Source: a virus
Strand: one strand, 5' to 3'
Length of the DNA stretch: 64,000 nt
Virus record (IMG/VR): IMGVR_UViG_3300020595_003017
Span: 96,001-160,000 of that record
Part shown: positions 16,473 through 25,572 of the stretch, piece after piece
Layout: the number at the start of each line of letters is the position of its first letter
Numbering within the stretch: the first letter of the stretch is position 1
Notes under the pieces: generated by a model
The model's database searches: none
Told to the model about the DNA's origin: nothing
The model's input: only the letters and a program-made list of their open reading frames with translations
Made by a program: the position numbers and the translations under genes

Positions 16473-16961
16473 ATGGCTGGAAAAAATAGACCGTCTAAAC
16501 CTGGAAGTTCTAACGCTGTAACAGTTGGACCTTTATCGCAAGGCAGTGCAAGATTTCCTTTATCAGAATTACCAACTGGTAAGGGATTAGCTCTAACAAC
16601 TTCAGATCAAAACGTTCATAAATTATCACCAGGTGTTCTAGAGGAAGTATACCTTTGGTGTGCAAATTACTCAGCCAGTGAGGTTATTCTAAGCCTTCAT
16701 TTTAATCAAGCTGGTTCAATTTCTGCCGGACCTTCACCTCAGGTAAAAATACCACCCAGGGAAGGCTTGGTTTTAGTGTGGCCAGGGATACCTCATACTT
16801 CTACTCTAGGTGAGGAAGATACCACAGTTCAAAATTTTGTAAGAGCTAAGGCTGCGTCCAATAGTGCCTTAATACTTTATGGATTTGTTGTTCGACATTA
16901 CCCAAGAGATAGGGACAATCTCGGCGCAGCCGGATATAGCTACGGTCCTGTGACAGAATAA
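16473..16961 (+). CDS. hypothetical protein, possibly structural
   Basis: 162 aa, GAGG upstream, beta-rich; tightly coupled to the next gene. Confidence 0.7.
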   Translation: MAGKNRPSKPGSSNAVTVGPLSQGSARFPLSELPTGKGLALTTSDQNVHKLSPGVLEEVYLWCANYSASEVILSLHFNQAGSISAGPSPQVKIPPREGLVLVWPGIPHTSTLGEEDTTVQNFVRAKAASNSALILYGFVVRHYPRDRDNLGAAGYSYGPVTE

Positions 16962-16962
16962 A

Positions 16963-17778
16963 ATGCCAATAATAGCTAGAAGAACACTTGGTCAAATAAA
17001 AACTCAAATGGGTGGAGATACAGATCCACCAAAAGCACCGTCTTTTATTAGTGTAACTCAAACTAATAATGTTACTGATCTGGGTAATGATGAAGACGAT
17101 ACCAGCAATTATTTTCTCTTCAAAACAACCATTGCTACTGGCGCAACAAGTACAACATTTAGTACAGATTCTGAATCTGACGATATCACTTTTACTCCCA
17201 CCAATGGTCGTTTTACCACGACTACTGCGGGTGATTATCGTATAGGCGTTACGCTCTCTCTCCTGGTGAGCGCAACTTCCACATTCACTGTCAAGGTATT
17301 TGTTGACAGTAGTGCTGTATATTCACAAACAGTCACAATTAACTCCGCAGCAGATCCACTACCCGTTACTATAAATTTAATTGAATCCTTGACTGCTGAT
17401 CAATATGTAAGGGTTCAAATTACTCGTAGCTCTGACGAAAATGTATATCCTCGCCTGGGTTCCAGCTTTACCTTGAACAGGCTTGGTCCCTCTAGTGGCG
17501 GTGGTAGCAGCGGTGGCGAAGTTACAATCAGGAATAATGTTGATGGCTATATTCTTAAGGCCACTGGTGAAAATAATGTTATTGAGGGTATGCCTCAATT
17601 TATCTCTTCCTCAACAGGTATAACTTCCAGCGTAGATTTTTATATTTCAGGTTCTAACCCCCCTTCCGCTGGTCCGAACCTATTTATACAGGGAAGCGAC
17701 GCAGATGGAAACGTTTCAAAAATGAAAATAATTGTTGAAAACGGATTCTTGAAGGTAATAGATGATAATCTTGAATAA
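16963..17778 (+). CDS. Ser/Thr-rich protein with a C1q/TNF-like beta-sandwich, probable fibre or decoration
   Basis: FTPTNGRFTTTTAGDYRIGVTLSL...LTADQYVRV...SSFTLNRL fits the gC1q/BclA-C pattern; Gly/Ser linker. Confidence 0.6.
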   Translation: MPIIARRTLGQIKTQMGGDTDPPKAPSFISVTQTNNVTDLGNDEDDTSNYFLFKTTIATGATSTTFSTDSESDDITFTPTNGRFTTTTAGDYRIGVTLSLLVSATSTFTVKVFVDSSAVYSQTVTINSAADPLPVTINLIESLTADQYVRVQITRSSDENVYPRLGSSFTLNRLGPSSGGGSSGGEVTIRNNVDGYILKATGENNVIEGMPQFISSSTGITSSVDFYISGSNPPSAGPNLFIQGSDADGNVSKMKIIVENGFLKVIDDNLE

Positions 17779-17794
17779 TGTGAGGGTTAAGTAA

Positions 17795-18034
17795 ATGTTA
17801 AGAAAAATAACAAAACAGTTCCTATTGAACGAAGCTATAAAAATAGATCCTGCTGCTTCAGTGCAGGCACTGTATGATATCATAAGCAATGTCAGAGTAA
17901 CAAATAAACGAGATACTGGCAGAATTTCCTTGGCAAAAGAGCATCTTCGTGGTATAAAGAGACAGTTAAGATCTCTTAACGAACGTATTGAATCTTTAGA
18001 AGAAGAGTTAAACTTACTCAAAGAGGAAAAATAA
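17795..18034 (+). CDS. small coiled-coil hypothetical protein
   Basis: 79 aa, GAGGG upstream; C-terminal heptads LRSLNERIESLEEELNLL. Confidence 0.7.
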   Translation: MLRKITKQFLLNEAIKIDPAASVQALYDIISNVRVTNKRDTGRISLAKEHLRGIKRQLRSLNERIESLEEELNLLKEEK

Positions 18035-20059
18035 ATGGGTGGTGTTGCAGGTCATATGGACCATCTTTACGATAATCGTAATTTAACTTTTGAAAAAATG
18101 AAAGAGATAATGTTAGCTGGTGCTGATGCAGAGTTATCTACCGAAGAAAAAGTTGATGGTCAAAATCTTTTCCTGTCTTATTCTATTCCCGAAGGTAAAG
18201 CTAAAGGCGCAAGAAACAAAGGGCATTATAGGACAGGTGGTCTTGATGCTAGCGGATTGGCACAAAAATTTGCTGGTAGAGGTGGACTAGAAAAAGCTTT
18301 CACTGGTGGATTTGATGCTTTTGAAAGAGCGGCAGAGTCTTTATCAGATGAAGAGAAAGAGAAAATATTCGGACCTGATGCTAATATTTGGTACAATGCA
18401 GAAATCATGGACCCCGGAACTGATGATCCTAATGACCCCGGTTCAGTAAATGTTATAAAGTATGACAACAAAACATTAAAAATACACAATGTAGGACATT
18501 TTGTATATAACCCAGAATCTGGGGAAACAGAAAAAATACCATCTGGTGCTCTAGAGACACTAGACAATGCTCTTGAAAGAATGCAGAAATCTTTGCGTGG
18601 CCACAATTTTTCATTGGCTAGAGAAGCTTTAATCCAACTTAAGAAACTTGAAGATCAAAAGCCAGTGCAAGAGGCATTTGCAAGGATCAATACAGCACTT
18701 AGTGCCGAGGATCTATCCGACTCGGATACCGTTGGAGACTATATTTTCTCTAGGTTAAAAAATGGTGTTGATACTGACCTAAATGAGAAACTTAAAGAAG
18801 AGCTTGTCAAATACCTGATGGGCTTGCCGGATAATATAGGTAAGCGTGCATTAAAGAAAGGTCTTAGCAAAGAGGATCAACAAGATATTGATAATATCGT
18901 GAGATCTAAGAGCATGATTCTCCGAGAGGCTATATTGCCTATTGAGATAGCAGTTCATGATTATACAGTAGAAATTCTAAAAGGACTTAAGAGTGTTTTT
19001 ATTGCCGACACAGACAGAGAAATTACTCGACTAAGAAATGAATTAGCCAAAGCTGTTAAGGAAATAACAGAAAGAGGCCCAGAGGATCCAGCTACTATGG
19101 AGGTGATGCAATTTCACTTAAATAAAATAAAAGATTTCTCTCAAATAACCACACCTGTTGAAGCTGTTGTTTTTGACTATGACGGACACACTTATAAATT
19201 TGCTGGTAATTTTGCTCCCCTTAATCAAATTCTAGGAATGTTTAGATACCCTAAGGGTGCTAAAAAAGTAACTACTGAAAATATATCCTTTAACACTGAA
19301 GTTATTACAGAAGATGAAGGTAAAAAAGTTGCACTGTTGCCTGGTGGCTTTAAACCGCCCCATGCTGGTCATTATAGGCTAGCCAAAGAATTATCCTCCC
19401 TTCCCGATATTGATGAAGTTCTTGTCATCATTGGTAAAAATCCTCGTTTTTCTGAGATAGAACCAAAGATCACAGTTACAGCAGAACAATCTAAAAATCT
19501 CTGGGATCTTTATACCAAAGATGATGAAAACATTAAAGTAAGAATTCAACAAGGAAGCACTCCTGTGGCTGATGTCTATGATTTAATAGCAGATAAAAAT
19601 TCATTCTCTAGCGGAGACACAGTTGTTCTAGGAAAAAGCGATAAAGATGAAGGCGACAAGAGATATTCTCGTGCTCAGTCTTGGGCTGAAAGACATAATC
19701 CTGGTGTCTCCGTAGAGGAAATGGTGATGCCAGTCTACGGAGGAGAAGGAATGGGCGGCACTTCCTTAAGAAATATGATAGCATCGGGAGATAAAAGAAA
19801 GTTGTTGTCCAAACTCCCTGAACATCTAAATGATGCTGAGAAAGATCAAGTTTACGACCTGTTGTTTTATACTAACGAAAAATTAGATTCTTTAATTGAT
19901 ACTACAATTGATGAAATGTCAACCATGGCTGCCGGGGCTGTTGAAATCGGTGTTGGACCTTTTGGTGCCGGTGGTAAGACAAATTCTTACAATCCGTATT
20001 CTAAGAAAAAGAACAAAAAACCAAAAGTCAAAAGAGCAAAACGTCAAAGGCGGAGATAA
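18035..20059 (+). CDS. fusion: ligase-like KxDG domain + HxGH (cytidylyltransferase-like) nucleotidyltransferase
   Basis: N-terminal GGVAGHMDHLYD..LTF and EEKVDGQNLF; C-terminal VALLPGGFKPPHAGHY, VVLGKSDKD, GGTSLRNMI. Confidence 0.7.
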   Translation: MGGVAGHMDHLYDNRNLTFEKMKEIMLAGADAELSTEEKVDGQNLFLSYSIPEGKAKGARNKGHYRTGGLDASGLAQKFAGRGGLEKAFTGGFDAFERAAESLSDEEKEKIFGPDANIWYNAEIMDPGTDDPNDPGSVNVIKYDNKTLKIHNVGHFVYNPESGETEKIPSGALETLDNALERMQKSLRGHNFSLAREALIQLKKLEDQKPVQEAFARINTALSAEDLSDSDTVGDYIFSRLKNGVDTDLNEKLKEELVKYLMGLPDNIGKRALKKGLSKEDQQDIDNIVRSKSMILREAILPIEIAVHDYTVEILKGLKSVFIADTDREITRLRNELAKAVKEITERGPEDPATMEVMQFHLNKIKDFSQITTPVEAVVFDYDGHTYKFAGNFAPLNQILGMFRYPKGAKKVTTENISFNTEVITEDEGKKVALLPGGFKPPHAGHYRLAKELSSLPDIDEVLVIIGKNPRFSEIEPKITVTAEQSKNLWDLYTKDDENIKVRIQQGSTPVADVYDLIADKNSFSSGDTVVLGKSDKDEGDKRYSRAQSWAERHNPGVSVEEMVMPVYGGEGMGGTSLRNMIASGDKRKLLSKLPEHLNDAEKDQVYDLLFYTNEKLDSLIDTTIDEMSTMAAGAVEIGVGPFGAGGKTNSYNPYSKKKNKKPKVKRAKRQRRR

Positions 20060-20069
20060 TTATAATACT

Positions 20070-20873
20070 ATGACTACTATTAATCGCAATGAGCTTATTG
20101 CAGAACAACTTATAAGAGAACATATTCACAAAAGAATAAAAAACAAACTCAATGAGCAGCAGGTTTTTGAAAATAAGCTTCGAGGATTTGTTCGAAAACT
20201 AATAGAAGCTGAAACAGGTACCGAGGAAGCCAGCAGTAATACTGGCATTAACGTTCTTGCCGACTTGTTAGAAAAAATTATCCCAACAATTGAGGGCGAC
20301 TATAAAATGTTGACAACCTCTGAAGAACAGAGGGAATCTTTTCGTAACCATATGGTTCATGCCATTAAGAATAGTCTAAGGCCAATTGAGGCTGCAACAG
20401 ATGCTGAAAAAGCTGCTGACCTACCAGAAAACTTTGTAGTTAATGCAAGTAATTTAGCAGAAGAGCTTAAAATTGATCTTGATCCAGATAACAGTGATGA
20501 AAGTGTGTCTGGAGAATTTATTGACATCGATTCAGGAGAATCTAAAGATTCCGATGACTTTGTAGAGTTACAAGATCAAAACGAAACCGGTCGTAACTTT
20601 GCTGCTACAACTTTTACGAAAGTTGAAAAACAGATTGTTGACGCATATGACATGTTGGCAGATGAAGAAGATCAGCAAATATTTTATGACTATCTTCTTA
20701 CCAACATTTTATTATATTTCGATAAGTTCGAAGATGAGCTTCAGGCAGAACTTCCAGATATAACAACACCAGAATATGAAAAAGAAAAAGATGAAGAAGA
20801 AGTAGATAATTCAAAAACTTCAGATGATGCAGAAGAACAACCATCAGATGATTTGGATGATTTGTTGTCTTAA
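20070..20873 (+). CDS. acidic hypothetical protein, possibly head-internal
   Basis: Start moved to ATG 20070 (the tracked start lies inside the previous gene); very Asp/Glu-rich C-terminus. Confidence 0.72.
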   Translation: MTTINRNELIAEQLIREHIHKRIKNKLNEQQVFENKLRGFVRKLIEAETGTEEASSNTGINVLADLLEKIIPTIEGDYKMLTTSEEQRESFRNHMVHAIKNSLRPIEAATDAEKAADLPENFVVNASNLAEELKIDLDPDNSDESVSGEFIDIDSGESKDSDDFVELQDQNETGRNFAATTFTKVEKQIVDAYDMLADEEDQQIFYDYLLTNILLYFDKFEDELQAELPDITTPEYEKEKDEEEVDNSKTSDDAEEQPSDDLDDLLS

Positions 20874-20993
20874 AGCTTAACACTTTTTTCTCAGCCGGTA
20901 TAATAGCTTGCAAGCTTTAAACAGCCTTTAAACAGCTATTGTTAGCTTTTCTTTATTTTTACTGCTTTATTCCAACTTATTACAGCTTAAGCT
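20874..20993. repeat. AGCT-rich non-coding tract with palindromes and a tandem repeat
   Basis: Seven AGCT in 120 nt; palindromes AGCTTGCAAGCT (20905-20916) and AGCTTAAGCT (20984-20993); TTTAAACAGC at 20916 and 20927. Confidence 0.7.
20877..20904 (+). promoter_or_regulatory. possible sigma70-type promoter with no downstream ORF
   Basis: TTAACA-N16-TATAAT. Confidence 0.45.
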
Positions 20994-21022
20994 TTGCTAG
21001 CATATAGAAAAGAATAATTAAC

Positions 21023-21051
21023 TTGACAAGTTGTTTGTTGTGGTGTATAAC
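21023..21051 (+). promoter_or_regulatory. sigma70-type promoter of the tmRNA
   Basis: TTGACA-N17-TATAAC, ending 11 nt before the mature 5' end. Confidence 0.7.
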
Positions 21052-21062
21052 TATTATATTAT

Positions 21063-21385
21063 GGGGGTAAACGGTATCGACTGATGGGAAAGTAGAAAAG
21101 GTGCAAGGGTGAGGGAAGCGTGGCTCACTAAAAACGCTTATCTTTTAATCGCAAACGACGATTTTCAACTAGCACAAGCAGCTTAATAACCTGACTTGAC
21201 TTGAGGCGCTGGCAGCCAAGAAACAGAAAGCCATACTGTGTCCTTTTAGTGATTTTGATTGTTTTGTCCGTAATAAAACAATCTAGTCAAGTGGTCTGTC
21301 CGACGAAAAAAACAGTTCTAACCTTGTGAATGACCTCTCTACGGAACTAGACAAGACGGGAGTTCGATTCTCCCTACCTCCACCA
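21063..21385 (+). ncRNA. ssrA: tmRNA, tag (A)ANDDFQLAQAA
   Basis: 5' GGGGGTAAACGGTATCGAC; 3' T-arm GGGAG-TTCGATT-CTCCC and TACCTCC-A-CCA with G3.U70; pk1 stems GTGAG/CTCAC and AAGCGT/ACGCTT; tag ORF 21151-21186 ending GCA GCT TAA TAA. Confidence 0.96.
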
Positions 21386-21406
21386 GCCGCCTTCGGGCGG
21401 CTTTTT
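21386..21406 (+). terminator. intrinsic terminator
   Basis: GCCGCC-TTCG-GGCGGC-TTTTT. Confidence 0.93.
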
Positions 21407-21461
21407 GTTTGTTTGGTTTGTTTGTAGACTACTTAATTTGAACCTAACAGAAGGGTAAATT

Positions 21462-22769
21462 TTGAAAAAAACTTTAATTTTAGACACCAATGTCTTTTTA
21501 ACAGAGGCAAACTCACTTTATAGTTTCGGGAAAGATGATATTGCTATTCCAACCGTAATTCTAGACGAAATTGACCGGCACAAACACAGACAAGACACGG
21601 CCGGTCTTAATGCACGAGCTATGAATAGAATTTTAGATAAGCTAAGGTCAAAGGGTAGTTTATTTATGGGAGTTCCACTAGGTCGTGGCAAAGGTCAAGT
21701 TTTTGCTGCACAATACGATCCAAGGTATATGCCCTCAGGTATGGAGGCGAATGATTCAGATAATAAAATTATAGCAATTGCAGTAAGGCTAAAGATAGAG
21801 GGCAGAGACATAGCAGTTATTTCTCGTGATCTTAACATGAGAGTAAAGTGTGATTCATTTGGTATTGAATGTCACGACTACCAGCCCCAACAAGCCGTTA
21901 AATCAGTTGATAAATTATTTGACGGGTCAGAAATTATAGAAGTAGAAGATAAACTAATCGATGAGTTTTATGCTGACAAAGAAGTTTTTGTCCCAGAAAC
22001 TAAGAAGGTTCTTTATCCTAATCAATTTATAATATTAACCTCCGATAAGAGTGATAAGAAAACAGCTTTATGTAGGTACGTCAATAATGATTCACCATTA
22101 CGTCGTGTCTATTCTTATCAAGATATATGGGGGTTGTCTGCTAATAATAAAGAGCAAAAGTTTGCAATGGATCTATTATTTGACAACAATGTACAAATAG
22201 TTTCACTCACAGGACAAGCCGGCACCGGAAAGACTTTGATCGCCGCAGCTTGTGGGTTGGAACAAGTTTTACACAGCACCAAGGCTAGCGGAGGGTATGA
22301 CAAATTAATTATCACCAGGCCTGTACAACCCATGGGTAGAGATATCGGCTTTTTACCGGGCACGTTAGAGGAAAAGATGATGCCATGGATTGCACCCTTG
22401 AGGGATAACTTAGAATATCTATTTGGGGATAAAACAGCACTTGACATGCAAATGGAACAAGGTATAATAGAGATAGAGGCCATGACATATATCCGTGGAC
22501 GCTCTATATCTAATGCTTTTATGATTGTAGACGAGGCTCAGAACTTAACAGCACACGAATTAAAGACTATAATAACAAGAGTAGGGCATGGGACTAAACT
22601 AGTGTTAACCGGAGACATTCAACAAATTGACAACTCTTATGTTGATGCTGTTTCTAATGGTTTAACTCATGCTGTTGAGAAATTTAAGAACTACAATATA
22701 GCAGGACACATTTCACTAAAGAAAGGGGAAAGGTCTAAGCTAGCCACATTAGCAGCCGAAATTTTATGA
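21462..22769 (+). CDS. phoH: PIN-domain + PhoH-family ATPase
   Basis: PIN motif LILDTNVFL...ILDEID; Walker A GQAGTGKT, IGFLPG, EKMMPW, YIRGRS, IVDEAQN, TGDIQQID. TTG start. Confidence 0.93.
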   Translation: MKKTLILDTNVFLTEANSLYSFGKDDIAIPTVILDEIDRHKHRQDTAGLNARAMNRILDKLRSKGSLFMGVPLGRGKGQVFAAQYDPRYMPSGMEANDSDNKIIAIAVRLKIEGRDIAVISRDLNMRVKCDSFGIECHDYQPQQAVKSVDKLFDGSEIIEVEDKLIDEFYADKEVFVPETKKVLYPNQFIILTSDKSDKKTALCRYVNNDSPLRRVYSYQDIWGLSANNKEQKFAMDLLFDNNVQIVSLTGQAGTGKTLIAAACGLEQVLHSTKASGGYDKLIITRPVQPMGRDIGFLPGTLEEKMMPWIAPLRDNLEYLFGDKTALDMQMEQGIIEIEAMTYIRGRSISNAFMIVDEAQNLTAHELKTIITRVGHGTKLVLTGDIQQIDNSYVDAVSNGLTHAVEKFKNYNIAGHISLKKGERSKLATLAAEIL

Positions 22770-23434
22770 GAGAATATATTCTAGAGAAAGTTAATAGTAA
22801 TCCAAAGTTCCTTAACTTAAACGGTGTAGAGATTGAAGTAAATGACGAATTGCCAGAGGGTTTTGATATTAGGAAAATCCTCAGCACTATTGAGAAAAGA
22901 ATACCATCCCACTTTTTTACTAATTTGAATAAGATTAGAATTGAAAATGACGAAGAATTTAGAAAGCGGGGTATCAATGCTTTATACAGAGACAATGAAT
23001 TTATTATCTCCCCAAAGCAGAAAAATGCTAATGATTTAATTGATGATATCGTTCACGAATTTGCTCACCATGTAGAAACATTATTTACAGAGGATATTTA
23101 TTCAGACGAAAGAATTAAGAATGAGTTTTTGAAAAAAAGGCAAGAAATGAAATTTGAAATTCAATCGGAAGGATACTGGGTTGAAGATTATGATTTTGAT
23201 GAGCTTAAATTTGATGAAAAATTCGATACCTTCTTGTATAGTAGATTAGGACGTAATATGTTACGAATGATTACGACTGGGCTTTTTATTAGACCATATG
23301 GATCAGTTTCTTTGAGAGAATATTTTGCAACTGGTTTTGAAGCTTACTATTTAGGTAAACAAAATAGTTTAGAAAAAATAAGCCCAATGTTATTTGATAA
23401 AATTGATGAACTAAACACCAAGAACCGTTATTAA
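22766..23434 (+). CDS. zincin-like metallopeptidase-domain protein
   Basis: VHEFAHHVE (HExxH) plus distal REYFATGFEAYY (gluzincin-like third ligand). Confidence 0.65.
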   Translation: MREYILEKVNSNPKFLNLNGVEIEVNDELPEGFDIRKILSTIEKRIPSHFFTNLNKIRIENDEEFRKRGINALYRDNEFIISPKQKNANDLIDDIVHEFAHHVETLFTEDIYSDERIKNEFLKKRQEMKFEIQSEGYWVEDYDFDELKFDEKFDTFLYSRLGRNMLRMITTGLFIRPYGSVSLREYFATGFEAYYLGKQNSLEKISPMLFDKIDELNTKNRY

Positions 23435-23448
23435 GAGAAAGTCTAAAA

Positions 23449-24288
23449 TTGGCCGGGAAACATATTTCTTATTCTGAGTGGCGAAACTGGCACATTTGCC
23501 CACATTACCACAAATTAACATATATTGATAAAGTTGCGCAGTTTGAAGGAAACATTTTTACTGCCTTCGGGAAAGCTATTCACACAGTTTGTGAATATAC
23601 TTTAACTTCTCCTGAAAAGTATCGCAAGCCAGGCGCTATTGAAACGCTAGTTAAAGAACAGTTCTTGAAAGAACTAAAGGCTCTACCTAAGGATGCGCAA
23701 AAAGACGCCCAAGCCAATTTCAAGCTCAAAGAATGGCTTGTAAATGGCTTGGATATCATTCCTGACCTTTATCGCTGTTTAGTGGATAAGTTCGGTAAGT
23801 TAGGTGAGGACTGGGAAGTTCTTAAAGCCGAAGAACAATTGTATGTACCCATTACAGAATTCACGGAAGCAGAAAAAAAGTTCAAAGGATTCATTGACCT
23901 TGTGGTTTACTCCAAAAAAGATGAGAAGATCCATCTGATTGATTGGAAAACTTGTTCATGGGGTTGGCGTCGTGAAAAGAAGAACGACAAAATCATGGCA
24001 TATCAGCTTGTTTTTTACAAACATTTTTATGCTCGCAAGTATGAAGTGGATCCCGCAGATGTGGATTGCCACTTCGTATTGTTGAAGCGCACAGCCAAGC
24101 CTGGCAAGAAGGCTGAATTTGTTAGAGTGACGGCAGCTAAAAAAAGAACAACAGATGCCCTTAACGCTTTAACAAAAGCATTGCATAATATCAATAAAGA
24201 AAATTATATCAAAAACCGTACTGCATGTACAAGTTGTAAAGACCGATTCGGCACTTGCGAGTTTTACCAGACGGAATATTGTTCATAG
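23449..24288 (+). CDS. PD-(D/E)xK exonuclease, Cas4/RecB-like, with Fe-S-type cysteines
   Basis: ISYSE...ICP, GKAIH, KGFIDLV, LIDWKT, YQLVFY, C-terminal CTSC...C...C. TTG start. Confidence 0.85.
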   Translation: MAGKHISYSEWRNWHICPHYHKLTYIDKVAQFEGNIFTAFGKAIHTVCEYTLTSPEKYRKPGAIETLVKEQFLKELKALPKDAQKDAQANFKLKEWLVNGLDIIPDLYRCLVDKFGKLGEDWEVLKAEEQLYVPITEFTEAEKKFKGFIDLVVYSKKDEKIHLIDWKTCSWGWRREKKNDKIMAYQLVFYKHFYARKYEVDPADVDCHFVLLKRTAKPGKKAEFVRVTAAKKRTTDALNALTKALHNINKENYIKNRTACTSCKDRFGTCEFYQTEYCS

Positions 24289-24294
24289 GAGTTA

Positions 24295-25572
24295 ATGGCC
24301 ATGTCCGAAAGAAAAATAAAAGTTTTAACACTTAGTGATCACCCGATGTTACCGTCAGGGGTAGGAACTCAAACGAAGTACATCATCGAGGGATTACTCA
24401 AAACGGGAAAATACCAAGTTATATCTCTTGGTGGGGCAATACAACACCCCGATTATACACCAACAAAAACAGAGGAGTGGGGAGATGATTGGATTGTTGT
24501 GCCTGTAGATGGCTATGGCAATGATTCTCAAATCAGATCAGTTCTTCAACAATTCAAGCCTGATATTTTGTATTTTATGACTGATCCACGCTTTTATGAG
24601 TGGCTATGGAATATGGAAGATGAGATAAGAGAAAATGTTCCTATGGTTTATTATCATGTGTGGGACAATTATCCAGCACCTGTTTTTAATAAGCCATGGT
24701 ATGATTCTAATGATTTTATTGCTACCATATCAAAAGTAACTTCTAATGTAGTTCGTGAAGTTACATCAGATGTAGAAGAAAGATATGTACCACATTCAGT
24801 GAATACAGATTGTTTTTATAATCTAAATAAAGACCCTGAAGGGAAAAAAGCACTAAAAAATACTATTTCTGATAACCCTGCTTTACAAGGTAAGTTTAAG
24901 TTTTTCTGGAATAATCGTAACGCTAGAAGAAAACAGAGCGGAACATTAATGTTTTGGTTTAAGAAGTTTTTAGATAAAGTGGGTCACGACAAAGCTGTGC
25001 TTATGATGCATACAGAGGTTAACGATCCAAACGGGCAGCCTCTAGAATATTTAGCAGCACAACTGGGTTTAAATAACGGACAAGTTATTTTTAGTAAGCA
25101 GAAAATTCCGCCAGAACAACTTGCAGTTATGTATAATTTGGTGGACTGTACAATTAATATAGCAGATGCCGAAGGTTTTGGTTTAGGTACTTTGGAATCT
25201 TTAGCGTGCGAGACACCTATAATTGTTAACATGACTGGCGGACTTCAAGAACAGGTGACTGATGGCGAAAACTGGTTTGGAATAGGTATTGAGCCAGCCT
25301 CAAAAGCCATAATTGGATCTTTGACCGTTCCCTTCATCAGGGAGGATCGATTAAACGAGGATGACGTTGTTGATGCGATGTATAAAATGTACACAATGCC
25401 CAAAGAACAGAGAGATAAGATGGGCGAAGCCGGAAGAAATCATGTATTGAAAAACTATAATTTTGAAGACTATCAAAAGACATGGGTTGAAATCATGAAT
25501 CACATTCACGAAAAATACGGCTCATGGGAAACAAGAAAAAATCATAAAAAGTGGGAGCTACTGGAAATATGA
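24295..25572 (+). CDS. GT-B (GT4-like) glycosyltransferase
   Basis: SGVGTQ, YVPHSVN, FWNNRNARRK, EGFGLGTLESLAC. Confidence 0.88.
   Translation: MAMSERKIKVLTLSDHPMLPSGVGTQTKYIIEGLLKTGKYQVISLGGAIQHPDYTPTKTEEWGDDWIVVPVDGYGNDSQIRSVLQQFKPDILYFMTDPRFYEWLWNMEDEIRENVPMVYYHVWDNYPAPVFNKPWYDSNDFIATISKVTSNVVREVTSDVEERYVPHSVNTDCFYNLNKDPEGKKALKNTISDNPALQGKFKFFWNNRNARRKQSGTLMFWFKKFLDKVGHDKAVLMMHTEVNDPNGQPLEYLAAQLGLNNGQVIFSKQKIPPEQLAVMYNLVDCTINIADAEGFGLGTLESLACETPIIVNMTGGLQEQVTDGENWFGIGIEPASKAIIGSLTVPFIREDRLNEDDVVDAMYKMYTMPKEQRDKMGEAGRNHVLKNYNFEDYQKTWVEIMNHIHEKYGSWETRKNHKKWELLEI

Noticed and set aside
23449-24288. CRISPR-Cas locus
   Set aside because: No repeat-spacer array and no other cas gene noticed in the window; the nuclease is a solo Cas4/RecB-like protein.
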